From contig NC_086097.1 in NCBI RefSeq assembly GCF_963921235.1, positions 42,162,001 to 42,226,000 on the forward strand: 64,000 nt of DNA. Direction: 5' to 3'. Of this stretch, positions 13,540 to 25,592 are shown one piece after another (positions within the stretch are counted from its first letter, which is position 1; each line of letters begins with the position of its first letter). The position numbers and the translations under genes are program-made. Origin of the DNA: Mobula hypostoma (Eukaryota). Under the pieces are notes generated by a model, which saw nothing but the letters and a program-made list of their open reading frames with translations, was not told the DNA's origin and did no database searches.

Positions 13540-14145
13540 TCATTTCCACCAGTAAAAGTGGGATCTCCCAGTGGCCACCCATTTTAATTCTACTTCCCAT
13601 TCCCATCCTGATATGTCTATCCATGGCCTCCTCCACTGCCGTGATGAAGCCACACTTAGGTTGGAGGAACAACACCTTATATTCCATCTGGGCAGCCTCC
13701 CACCTCACGGCATGAACATTGATTTCTCGAACTTCCGGTAATGCACGCCCACTTCACCATCCCCCATCCCCTTTCCCTCTCTTGACTTCTCCTTGCCTGC
13801 CCATCATCTCCCTCTGGTGCTCCTCCCCCCTTTTTTTTTCTTCCATGGCTTTCTCTCAGAACAAACCCCACCTTCTCCAGCCTTGTGTCTCCTTCACCAA
13901 TCAACTTCCCAGCTCTTTACTTCATCCCTCCCACTTCAGATTTCACCTATCACCTTGCGTTTCTCCCCCCCCTTCCCACCTTTTAAATCTACTCCTCAGC
14001 ATTTTTTCTCCAGTTCTGCTGAAGAGTCTTGTCCCGAAACATCGACTGTACTCTTTTCCATAGATGCTGCCTGGTCTGCTGAGTTCCTCCAGCATTTCGT
14101 GTGTGTTGCTCAAATTTCCAGCATCTGCAGATTTTCTCTTGTTTG
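13540..14145 (+). mobile_element. Penelope-like element 3' end (GIY-YIG C-terminus plus terminal repeat)
   Basis: DLPVATHFNSTSHSH..RLEEQHLIFHLGSL..GMNIDFSNFR*, pyrimidine-rich UTR, decayed hammerhead at ~14010-14048. Confidence 0.85.
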
Positions 14146-15639
14146 TCAGCCTTCATCATTTGTTCCGTTATATTTCTCTCCTTAACCAATTCATTATAGA
14201 GTCAGAAATTTCAAACACCTAAAGCATTTCAGTAAAAGATACGACGAAAACCTTCCAAGATGATTACATGTGAAAATGCAAGGTGACATTTTATCAGTGG
14301 TCACTCATGAGAATAACAAAATGAGTCACTGGGACCGCACAAGCTAAATGTTCCCAGTTCTGGACTGCATATCAACCTCATCTCTTTAACCATGACGGTA
14401 GAATGATACAGAGATGCGGCAACAGTTTAAATTGCATTTGGATATCCAAAGCCAGATCTCTGAGCTTTGGAATTCAGCAGTGAAATGCTGAGCATAAACT
14501 TCATATGCAAATTCTTAAAATGTAATTTTCTTATGCAACACAAGTACATTGGCCTGGAAATTAAATCGTCTATTTTCAGTAATTAAATTAATACCTAAGC
14601 TTACTACCTTCTGGAATGAAGGATATTAAGCAACACCAACCCTGGTGCATTGCCTAGCTTATTGGTAGAAGTATGTAAGATATAGGTATCCAGGCAATTA
14701 AATAAAGCAAATATTAGGCCTTTCCTACATGTAGACAGGAGGCTTATTGCCACTTTAGGGAATTCTGACTAAAATTGAGTTTATCTAACACATCCAGCCT
14801 GGCTTAGGATCCCACAGCCTTGCTAGCACACTCTATAAAGGATGAGCACCCGTGAAACATCACAAATAATCCTGTTTATTAAAAATTCTGACTTTAATGT
14901 GAACCCAGAAGATGCAGCAGTTCTCTCTAGGATTATATATTCCACTGAGAAGGGCAATTTAATAAATGCTAGCCTGTTGAGATTTAATGACAGTCTTATT
15001 CCGAGACACAAGCTCTGTACAACTTTATCGCTATTGTCAACAAGAAGCTTTTACCTGTTAATTAATTCTGGTTATGTGCTATTAATAAAGTCAGTAAGAA
15101 TTGCAATTATAAGATCAAAAGCTCAAAGCATACATTTTTCTTGTTCCACTTTATCTCTGACTCATCTTATTTATTCTGGAACAGAATAAATTAGATTCAT
15201 CTCCTCCTTCTACAACCGAATTCTCACATTTGCAATTTATTTTGTGCTGAATTACTTTCACACTTCACAGCTCTCAGAAGAGCAATGGGATAGAACACTG
15301 AAAGACCGTGGCTGGGTTATTTTGCAAATGTATCTGTTCAGACAGACATGGGAAAAGTGCTAATTATTAATAAGTTAATCCTGAACCATATTTACAAAGG
15401 CTGAAGGTGTTCTAACTCATTTAATGATAGTTTTTAACTAATCTTTAACAAATGAATTAATTACTGATTAATTGGAAGCAACCTAACTTTTATTCATTCA
15501 AGTACTTGCACACCATTAGTAAGGCCTGTATTGCTGCCACCACTATTTTCACTGTGAGTTTTGCTCTGCTTTTTCAGAATATAATTTAGGATAAACCACA
15601 TAGGTGTGGATCCGTAGTTCTACATAGGGGTTATACATA

Positions 15640-15740
15640 CATCCCGAAGAAAGTGTTTCAGCCCAAAACGTCAACTATTTACTCTTTTCTATAGATGCTG
15701 CCTGGCCTGCTGAGTTCCTCCAGCATTTTGTGTGTGTTGT
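15640..15740 (+). mobile_element. Short Penelope-like tail
   Basis: gatgctgcctggcctgctgagttcctccagcattttgtgtg motif shared with 14060-14110. Confidence 0.7.
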
Positions 15741-15882
15741 TTTGGAGGTGTGTATACAAAGATCAGACTGGATAAAAACGTTAGTAAACTGGATGCACTT
15801 TTGCAACAACTTAATAGTTTAATCTCATAATCAGAGCTGTGGATAGGGCTTAAATTAATTAGTAGGGAGATGGCCTCAACTC

Positions 15883-16270
15883 TGATCAGATCAGATTTAA
15901 TATCACTGGCATATGTCATGAAATTTGTTATGCGGCAGCAGAACATTGCGATATGCAGCAATAAAAACAATCTATAAATTACAATGAGAAATATATTTTT
16001 AAATGAATTAAATAAGTAGTGCAAAAGAGAGTTTTTAAAAAAAGAAAAACAATAGTGAGGTAGTATTCGTGGGTTCATCGTCCATTCAGAAATCTGATGG
16101 CGAAGGGGAAGAAGCAGTTGAGTGCGTTTCTTCAGAATCCTGTGCCTCCTCCTTGATGGTAGCAATGAGAAGAGGGCTTGTCCTGGGTGCTGGGGGTCCT
16201 TTATGATGGATGCGCCTTTTTGGGTTATCGCCTTTTGAAGGTGTACTTGATGCTGGGGAGGTTAGTGCCC
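15883..16270 (-). mobile_element. Rex1/Babar LINE 3' fragment
   Basis: Minus strand LPSRRRHRIL..; tail atgccagtgatattaaatctgatctgat. Confidence 0.75.
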
Positions 16271-16423
16271 ACAATGGAAAAGTAAAAAGGAAGAAGAGCA
16301 CAGGAGAGTTAACTAAGTTGTTGAGAATATTAAAAAAAGACAGGAAGATTTGAAACGGATAAGAATTTAATTTCAGACAACATGGAGACAAATTTGAGAA
16401 GTGGTGAATACAGGATGGAAGTT

Positions 16424-17235
16424 ACATAGAAACACAGAAAACCTACAGCACAATACAGGCCTTTCGGCCCACAAAGTTGTGCCGAACATGTCCCTACCTT
16501 AGAAATTACTAGGCTTACCCATAGCCCTCTACTTTTCTAAGCTCCATGTACCTATCCATAAGTCGCTTAAAAGACCCTATCGTATCCACCTCCACCACCA
16601 TTGCCGGCAACCCATTCCACACACTTACCACTTTCTGCATAAAAAACTTACCCCTGACATCTCCTCTGTACCTACTCCCCAGCACCTTAAACCTGTGTCC
16701 TCTTGTGGCAATCATTTCAGCCCTGGGAAAAAGCCTCTGACTATCCACACAATCAATGCCTCTCATTATCTTATACACCTCTATCAGGTCACCTCTCATC
16801 CTTCGTCCCTCCAAGGAGAAAAGGCCAATTTCACTCAACCTGTTTTCATAAAGCATGCTCCCCAACCCACGCAACATCTTTGTAAATCTCCTCTGCACCC
16901 TTTCTATGGTTTCCACATCTTTCCTATAGTGAGGCGACCAGAGCTGAGCACAGTACTCCAAATGGGGTCTGACCAGGGTCCTATATAGCTGCAACATTAC
17001 CTCTCGGCTCCTAAATTTGATTCCATAATTGATGAAGACCAATACACCGTATGTCTTCTTAACCACAGAGGCAACCTACGCAGCTGCTTTGAGTGTCCTA
17101 TGGACTCGGACCCCAAGATCCTTCTGATCCTCCACACTGCCAAGATTCTTACCATTAATGCTATATTCTGCCATCATATTAGACCGACCAAAATGAACCA
17201 CTTCACACTTATCTGGGTTGAACTCCATCTGCCAT
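16424..17235 (-). mobile_element. CR1 LINE 3' portion
   Basis: ORF 16515-17066 LVRPHLEYCAQLWSP..RMRGDLIEVYKIM; (tttctatg)n-like tail. Confidence 0.92.
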
Positions 17236-17249
17236 CAGTTGTTGTATTC

Positions 17250-18585
17250 CATCAGTTGTTGTACTCTAATGCAAACAAAATACAAAATAAGGTAGATGAA
17301 CTTATAATGCAGTTAGAAATTGACAGATACAAAGTTGTAGCCATCACCGAGTCATGGCTGGAAGAACAACACACCTGGGACCTAATCAAGGATACAGATT
17401 TTATCAAAAAGATAGGCAGGTGGCCAGAGTGGAGAGATTTCAGTTTGTAAAAAGTGAAATCAAATCCTTAGCATGGAGTGACTTAGGGCCAGAAGATGTA
17501 TAATCTGTGTGGGTAGAAGTAAGAAATTTCAATATTGAAAAGAGCCTGAATGGAATTATATTAAGGCCCCTGATCTATTGCCAGGATGTGGGGTACAAAT
17601 CACAAAAGAAGATGGAAAAGACATGGAAGAAAAACAATATTACAGAGGTTATGGAAAACTTCAATATGCAGGTAAATTGGGAAAATCATGTTGGCAATGG
17701 ATCCCAAAAGAAGGAATCTCGAGTGCCTATAAGATGGCTGCTTGTGACCAAGCCCATTCGAAAAAGAAGGATGATACAAAGGTAAATGGAGGGCCAGATG
17801 GTGTTGAGGAAATAGGAAATCTGCACAAGGACTTGGAATATTTGGGAGAATGGGCCATGAAAGGACAGATGGAAAGCAGTGCATGGAAGTGTATGGCCAT
17901 ACACTTCAGTAGATGGAGTCAAGATGAAGACTATTTTCTAAATGGGGAAAGAATGCAATGTTGGAATCATTTTGAGAGAACTGGAATATAAAAACAAGGA
18001 TGTAACACAAAGGCTTTATAAACTACATTTGGAGTATTGTGAGCAGTTTTGGTCCCCATATCTAAGGAAGGATCTGCTGGCATTGGGGAGGGTCCAGAAA
18101 AGGTTTCTAAGAAAAATCTCAGGGATCAGAGGATTAACATGAAGAGTATCTAATGGCTCTGGGCTTATAATTTCCACAGTTGAGAAGGATGAAGGGGGAT
18201 CTGATTGAAATCTACCAGATATTGAAAGGCTTGAATGGTGTGGATGTGTAGAGGATGTTTCCAGTAGTGGGAGAGTCTCGGACCAAAGGGCACAGCCTCA
18301 GTATAAAAGGATATCTCTTTGGAACAGTGATAAGGGAGAATTTCTTCTGCTATTTCTTCAGGTGGTGAAACTGTGAAACTCGTTGCCACAGACAGCTGTG
18401 GAGGCCAAGTCATTGGGTATACAAAGTGGCGTTAGATAGGTTCTTGATTAGTGAGGGTGTCAACAGTTATGGGTAAAGGTAGGAGAATGGGTTTGACAGG
18501 GAAAATAAATCAGCCATGATTAAATGATGGAGCAGACGTGGTGGGTTGAATAGCCTAGTTCTGCTCCTATGTCTTATAGTCTTCT
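17250..18585 (+). mobile_element. Old CR1 LINE with internal deletion (EN joined to RT C-terminus)
   Basis: LLYSNANKIQNKVDEL..VAITESWL; HLEYCEQFWSPYLRKD; tail ctgctcctatgtcttatagtctt. Confidence 0.8.
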
Positions 18586-18685
18586 GATCTATAACCAACT
18601 TTACAGATATTAAATTTAATGTAGCATTCAAAACAAATGTATATTCAATATAGGAGAAGTATTTTAAAGGACTTTGTATTCAGAT

Positions 18686-19542
18686 TGTTACGTACCCCGT
18701 AACTGGGTTGCCAAACCAGCAGAAATGGATCACTCAGTAGGAGTCTGGAGTACTAGAACTAAGAAAGTTTTATTAAAGAAACAAGCAACACAGTAATCGA
18801 AAGGATAATAAATGCAACAATTCAACAATGATAACCACACATGTGCACAGAATTAAGATAACAGCATCAATCAAGCTCTATCGTTGTCTAGGGGTAAATG
18901 ACCAATTTCAAAATGACTCAAAGTTCAGTCCAGTTTGTAGTTCAGTTTGCAGTAATCGTTTCCATGGCGATGGACAAGGTGGGGGAAGAGAGACAGAATA
19001 GGAACAACTGATCATTCAGCACAGCTTCACTCACAGACCAGCGGGATGGCTCACAAACAGCATTTGGGCGGGTCCTTGGTGATGTCACCTGAGGTCACCG
19101 ACTGTGACCCCTCCTCCAGATGCGGTCGATCCTCTGCAGTGAACCCGGCACCCAGGCAAGGGCGGACACACACCGGGTTCCCGCTGATCGTACCTTTCCA
19201 CCCTGGTCGTTGTCTGACACTTCTCACCCACTCGTGAGAAGCGTACCGCTTCCAGGGTCTCGTTACCTCGGGTGGCGTGTGTGTCTGTCTTAGCGAACCT
19301 GTCCCTTTTTATCCCCCTGCTGGGGTATCGCCTGTCCATCACTTCAAACAGTTCAGGATTCAAAGGGGGGAGCCGCTCCAGACAGCTCTCTCTCCCACAT
19401 CCCTTCATTACACATCTCCAGACGCTGCTCCATTGTTCCTTATCTCTCCTTCCCCTGAGGGCAGGTGGCAGACCAACTGCTGATGCCACTGATGCTAGCC
19501 CAGGCCAGCAAACATCTTAATTTTATGTGTATTCTCGTAACA
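18686..19542 (-). mobile_element. Solo LTR (857 bp), probably Gypsy-type
   Basis: Termini TGTTACG...CGTAACA; perfect 4-bp TSD AGAT (18682-18685 and 19543-19546); AATAAA on the minus strand near 18770. Confidence 0.9.
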
Positions 19543-21775
19543 AGATGTAGGATGCAATAGTTAGATCTAAAACTGGTGTATTATGCTTGAACAAGGAAGA
19601 CTACAATGGGATGAGGGAGGAGTTGGCTAATGTAGATTGGGAGCACAGGCTATTTGGTAGGACAGTTGAGGAACAGTGGAATACTTTCAAAGAGATTTTT
19701 CACAGTGCTCAACAAAAGTATATTCCAGTCAAAAGTAAGGACAGTAAGTGTGGGGAGAGCCAGCCTTGGATAACTAAGGAAATAAAAGATAGTATCAAAT
19801 TAAAAGCTCGTGTGTACAAAGTTGCAAAGAGTAGTGGGAGACTGGAGAATTGGGCAAACTTTAAAAAGCACCAGGGAACAACTAAACAAGAAATAAAGAA
19901 AGGGAAGATAAAAGTACGAAAGTAAATTAGCACAAAATATAAAAAGAGATAGCAAAAGTTTTTATAAATATATAAAGCGGAGGAGGGTGGCTGAAGTCAA
20001 CGTAGGTCCCTTGGAAGACAAGAGGAGGAAATTGATATTGAGTGATAAGGAAATGGCTGAGGCATTGAACGACTACTTTGTATCGGTCTTCGCAGTGGAG
20101 GACACGTCTAATATGACAAAGAAGGATGTTATGGACAAAATAGGAGGTGAGGACCTCGATAAAATCATTGTCGCTAAAGAGATAGTGATAAGCAAACTAG
20201 AGGCCCTGAAGGGGAGTAGAGGGGACTGATAAGTCCTCTGGTCCTGATGGGATGCATCCCAGGGTGCTGAGGGAATTGGCGGAGGTTATAGCAGACACGT
20301 TGATAATTACTTATCAAAACTCTCTCGACTCTGGGCAGGTCCCGGTGGATTGGAAGATAGAAATTGTCAAGCCACTTTTTAAAAAAGGATGTAGGCAAAA
20401 GACAGGCAATTACAGGCCAGTTAGCTTAACATCTGCAGTCGGGAAAATGCTTGAAGCTGTCATTAAGGAAGAAATAGTGAGACATTTAGAAAGGAGTGGT
20501 TCTATTAGACAGACACAGCATGGATTCAGAAAGGACAGGTCCTGTTTGACAAACTTACTGGAGTTCTTTGAGGACATAATGAGTGCAGTGGATAGAGGGG
20601 AACAGGTGGATACTTGGATTTCCAGAAGGTGTTTGATAAGGTGCTGCACAAGAGACTTATAAATAAGATACGGATGCATGGAGTTGGAGGAAGTGTATTG
20701 GCATGGATAGTGGATTGGTTAACCAATAGAAGGCAGAGAGTTGATACAAATGGGTGTTTCTCCGGTTGGCAGTCAGTGGTGAGTGGGGTGCCGCGGGGGT
20801 CGGTGCTGGGCCCGCAGCTGTTTACCAATAACACTGATGATTTGGAAGAGGGGACTGAGTGTAGCACAGCAAAATTTTCTGATGATACTAAACTGAGTGG
20901 AAAAGTAAATTGTACAGAGGATATGGAGAGTCTGCGGAGGGATACAGATAGGTTAAATGACAGGGCCAAGGTCTGGCAGATAGAATACAATGTTGGTAAA
21001 TGCGAGATCATCCACTTTGGAAGGAATAATAGAAGAGCAGATTATTATTTAAATGGTGAAAGATTGCAGCATTGTGTTGTGCAGAGGGACTTGGGAGTGC
21101 TTGTTCATGAATCGCAAAAAGTTGGCTTGCAGGTACAACAGGTTATTAAGAAGGCAAATGGAATGTTGGCCTTCATTGCTAGAGGGATTGAATTCAAGAG
21201 CAGGCAGGTCATGCTGCAACGATACAGGGTACTGGTGAGGCTGCACCTGGAGTACTGTGTGCAGTTCTGGTTTCCATACTTGAGGAAGGACGTACTGGCT
21301 TTGGAGGCAGTGCAGAGGAGGTTCACCAGGTTGATTCCAGGGATGAAGGGGTTAACCTATGAGGAGAGATTGAGTCACCTGGGATTATACTCTCTGGAGT
21401 TCAGAAGAATGAGAGGGGATCTTATAGAAACATACAAAATTTTGGAAGGGATGGCTAAGATAGAAGTAGGAAGGTTGTTTCCATTGGTAGGTGAGACTAG
21501 AACTAGGGGACATTGCCTCAAGATTCAGGGGAGAAGATTTAGGACGGAGATGAGGAGAAACTGTTTTTCCCAGAGAGTGGTGAATCTGTGGAATTCTCTG
21601 CCCAGGGAAGAGGTTGAAGCTCCTTCACTTTAAGATACAGTTAGATAGGTTTTTACGTAGTAAGGGAATTAAGGGGGAAGGGGTTATGGGTAAAAGGCAG
21701 GTAGATGGAGCTGAGTTTACAGACAGATCAGCCATGGCCTACTCCTGCTCCTATATCTTATGTTCTTATGTTCTA
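19543..21775 (+). mobile_element. CR1 LINE ORF2 (tether and RT) to 3' tail, relatively young
   Basis: 339-aa ORF 20614-21633 with VPRGSVLGPQLF, KFSDDTKL, HLEYCVQFW; (tgttctta)n tail. Confidence 0.95.
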
Positions 21776-22063
21776 ACTTCTGGGAAAGAGGATGGACAGT
21801 GACACTTGTTGGATAGTTCTTGCATAGAGTTGGCTCAGACTTGAATAACCAAATGGAGTCCTTTTGTACTACTTCTAAGTTTGTAGAACAAATCATCTGG
21901 CGGAGGTGGTAGAGGTGGAAAAGCATACAATAGGACAAAACAGCAACCAGTGTGAGACTGAAATACAGTTTAACCATCTGCCCAAAATGCTCCAATAAGA
22001 CTGTTATCAGCACCTTTCTTATTTTTGATTTTACCCAACACCTTAAAAAACTTCTGAAGCCTT

Positions 22064-22378
22064 AAACACAAGAGGCTCTGCAAAAGCTGGAAATCCAGAG
22101 TAACACACACAAAAAACTGGAGGAACTCAGCAGGTTAGTCAGTTTCTATGGAAAGGAATAAACTATTGACGTTTTGGGCCAAGGCCATTCTTCAGGACTG
22201 AGGGAAATGGAGAAGAAAACAGAATAAGAGGGTGGGAGGTTGGGGAGGTAGAGGGGAAGAAGTATATGCTAGATGGTGATAGGTGAAACCAGATGAGGGA
22301 AAAAGTGAGGGGTGGAAGAAAGGGGTAAGTGTGAAGCTGGGAGATGAAATTTGGAAGAGGTAACGGGCTGAGGAAGAA
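22064..22378 (-). mobile_element. Penelope-like terminal repeat
   Basis: Reverse complement of the 13.9-14.1 kb tail; decayed hammerhead at ~22165-22200. Confidence 0.75.
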
Positions 22379-22580
22379 TAAACTCTTCTCGGGCTTCCAG
22401 CCAGGTACAGATATCGACTTTAACCAGCATTTCAATAGCATGCTCTGCCGCCTTCATCACATATGCCAGGAAAGCACTAGATCCTTTCCTGCCTGAGGAA
22501 GAAACTCTAAGCCTTGTCTCTCTCTAAAACACCTCCCATCACAGTGACACATGTCATTCACCTCCTCCTGCCATGACTTA
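22379..22580 (-). mobile_element. Terminal repeat of a probable second Penelope-like family
   Basis: Minus strand gtgatgaag...gaaatg..tcgatatctgtacctggctggaagcccgagaagag resembles a PLE hammerhead-bearing end. Confidence 0.45.
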
Positions 22581-23052
22581 CGCACTCTCAGCACCTTGGA
22601 TTCCTCATGATTAAGATCTTAAGAACATAAAAAAATGCAATCAAGAGTAGGCCATTCGGCCCCTTAAACTTCTCTACTATCAGTAAGATTGTGGGTAATC
22701 CTTCTGTACCACTAACCTTCACAAACCCCATAATCCTTATTCTGTGAATATTTGCAAATCTATCAACATCTGTCTTGGATACATTCAGTGGCCGAGCTTT
22801 TAAATCTCCCCTCAGTAGAGAATTCCAAAGATTCACCCAGTGAAGAAACTTCTCCTCATCTTTGTGCTATATTCATTTTCTCAGCAGACTGTTACCTTGT
22901 AGTCCTGCTCTGCCATTCAAAGGTTATGATTTATCCTCTGTCTAGAGTCTGTTATCCCAAACCCACAACATGAGTCCTTTGGTATCTAAAAATATGTGGG
23001 TCTCACCCTTGAATCATGTATTTCATGAACATCTACAATTCTCTGATGCAGA

Positions 23053-23737
23053 AGTAAGTGGTTTCTTCTTTTCTGTTACTGCATAGGCTAATTAAAATGG
23101 CTTCTTTGTTATGTTAACTGCTGAGAAATATCTCTCACTAGTAGTTTGTTTAGGATATATTATTGATAAGAGAAAGAAAGAACCAAGTGGGATAGATGTT
23201 ATTCTTTCTTGTGTGTCTGTAAGCTATTGTGATGCGCGGGTTTTTGAGCAGAAAGCGCGATGGGGAGAGAGAGAGTGGACGCGATGCTGTGAGCTGGCCG
23301 ACAGGAAGGACCCCGAGCCAGAGTCCGAGGTCCAGGGTCTTCGGCGAGGAGAGAAGAAGAAGATGGACTCGTGTGGAGCGTCTAGTCAACCACCGTGTTT
23401 GATACCAGGAGGGGAGCCGAGGTGGTCGGAGGGAATCAAATGGTGAAAAGAGGACCATTACTAGAACTCCAACTATTGTGCACAAAGAGGTTGAACTTTG
23501 ATAAGTTTGGCACCTTTTACTTTCCTTTTATATTTTATCTCTATTAATTACGTAGTTCCAGAAATATCTATAAATTGTAATCATTTACTCGTATATGGTG
23601 TATAGTCTGTTATTTGGCCGGGTGGGGTACATCACACAGCATCCACACAAACTTAATCACCAGTTTGGAGGGGCCAAAGGCTGCTTCCCCTAGACGACAG
23701 CGAGTTGAGCGAGCCTGAGGCTTACCAGGGGGCTACA
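23053..23737 (+). repeat. 5' LTR
   Basis: (a)gtaag...ggctaca; direct repeat of 26095-26781. Confidence 0.95.
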
Positions 23738-23739
23738 TT

Positions 23740-23757
23740 TGGAGGCTCGTCCGGGAT
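23740..23757 (+). promoter_or_regulatory. Primer binding site, tRNA-Pro
   Basis: TGGAGGCTCGTCCGGGAT, 17/18 match to the tRNA-Pro PBS TGGGGGCTCGTCCGGGAT. Confidence 0.9.
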
Positions 23758-23929
23758 TGAATTCAGTGGTGTGCTGCGTGATTGCCCTGTTTAAATCAGT
23801 GCTGCTGTGGCTCTGTGGGATTGCTGGTTATTACTGTATGTGTGTTGGTGGTGGGACCAGTGGCTGTCCATACTGTTAGGAGAGAGAGGAAAGAGTGGTC
23901 TAACTTGGAAATAGTGTCTGCGAATAAAT

Positions 23930-24310
23930 GTTCCCGCTCTGGCAGGCTCCGCCTGGCTTTTGGGATATTGTCCACCCCTAAAGGGGCGCAGACGTAGGAG
24001 ACGTGGGCGGAGTGGATCTCTCAGTTGTTAGATGAGTGGCAGTGCTCGGTTGAGGGAGAGTGACAGGGATTGGTTGAAAGTTTGAGTAGGCGGGCTGCTG
24101 ACGGTGTTAGAGCTGTCAGGTTCACTTACCCCGTAGTGACAGCTGCCAGTTATCTGAAAGAAGGGGAAAAGCTTTCAGTGTATCTTCTCTGGCTAGGAGG
24201 GCAGCTAAATTGCTTGCAGTGCCAGGGGGATCATTTCAGGGGATCAGCCCCTCCCTCAGTTGTTCAGCTGATCAGAGAGGTGTCCGGAAACTTAGTGGAG
24301 GCCCAGTGGG
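23930..24310 (+). pseudogene. PNMA/Ma-like gag remnant with internal deletions
   Basis: [60 protein letters not shown]. Confidence 0.75.
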
Positions 24311-24369
24311 GGAACAGCTTGGGGTTTCTGGGGGAGCACGTTCCCAGCAATGTACCAAGGAACATCCGA

Positions 24370-25200
24370 AAGGAAAAGACCCTATTCCTGAAGGCTTAGA
24401 GGGATCACACCCCAGTGTGTCATTACGGATAGATGGAAGCTATGCTAAGGCCATCCTCGACACCAGGGCATAGGTCAAGTTGTTGTACAGTTCATTTTAC
24501 AACCGGTGTCTGAAGCACTTACCCTTGACAACATTAAGGGCACTGGAGATTTGGGGTACCAGTGCCAGTGATTATCCAGAAGACGATGATTAGTTAGTGA
24601 ACCTGGAGTCCATGGGGGCGTTGTCTGTGCACACAGCATTTTGAGCTGCTTGTGAGGACGTGTGTAGCAGCCTTGGGCCAGTACCGAATTTAAACAAGAC
24701 CCGATTGTGGTACGGCCTGGGGGAAGTATCTGAGGGTGAGACCCTCTTAGTAGATGCTCCGAAATACCACAAGGGAGGGGAGTTGACCGCTAAAGACATC
24801 TCGGTGAGAGAGAGGTCGCAGCGACTGGACCCTGTAGCCGTGGAAGACATAGGCGGTGTGTGTGTGGAATATAGGACTCTGAACAGGCGCACTGTCATTG
24901 ACCAGAATACGGCCCTGAGGGCCAAAGACGCTACGGTCTGTTTGTATGGTGCGACGTGGTTTAACGTGCTGGATCTGAGGAGTGGATGTTGCCAGATCCC
25001 CATGAGTGAGGCCGACGAGGAGAAGACAGCCATTATAGGTTCCCTAGGATTCTTTTGATCTGAAAAGATGCCCCAGGGCATAACCAGAGCCCCTGCAACC
25101 TTCCCACGGGGCATGAAGAAGACCATGGGGAATGTGGAGTTTGGAGTTTTGGCGTATGTGGATGATCGCTTAGGGTTTGGATTCGCCTTGGGGGACGATG
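24370..25200 (+). pseudogene. Protease and N-terminal RT remnant
   Basis: [56 protein letters not shown]. Confidence 0.88.
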
Positions 25201-25217
25201 ATGTGAGGCGAGTGCCA

Positions 25218-25592
25218 GAGCCCGGGACAACCATTGAAGACTTGGAGTTCACGCTCATCAAAGTGGAGACGGAGAAATGGAATTCTGACCCGAAACTGCG
25301 GTCATGTATTGATGAATTAATGCAGAGAGATGAAACAATGTCCAACCTTCAAAAGGATCAGCAGACACTCAAGACATCGATCCAGAGCAGATTGGAAGAA
25401 GCTGGTGGTGTAATTGCATCCCAGATGGAGATGGACGCGAAACGGGAGTCAGAACTGCTGAGACTGGGGCGAAAGTTGGAGGAGTCAGAGGAGAAGCTGA
25501 CGTCTCGACTGCAGGAGGCTGAAGAGGCTGCAGAGGCAGCCCAGGCTAAATGCTTCAGTTTGGAGAAAATCAAACAGCAGCTATCGATCGAG
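25218..25592 (+). pseudogene. Three joined fragments of a sarcomeric myosin II heavy chain rod (possibly MYH16-like), intron-less, in frame with pol
   Basis: TIEDLEFTLIKVETEK..; [59 protein letters not shown]. These align ungapped to recalled MYH [37 protein letters not shown] and [27 protein letters not shown]. Confidence 0.9.

Noticed and set aside
14842..15189. 115-aa ORF in unique DNA
   Set aside because: No domain and composition typical of AT-rich non-coding DNA
23930..24310. Domesticated PNMA gene
   Set aside because: Has stops and deletions and lies inside an LTR element; it is the element's gag
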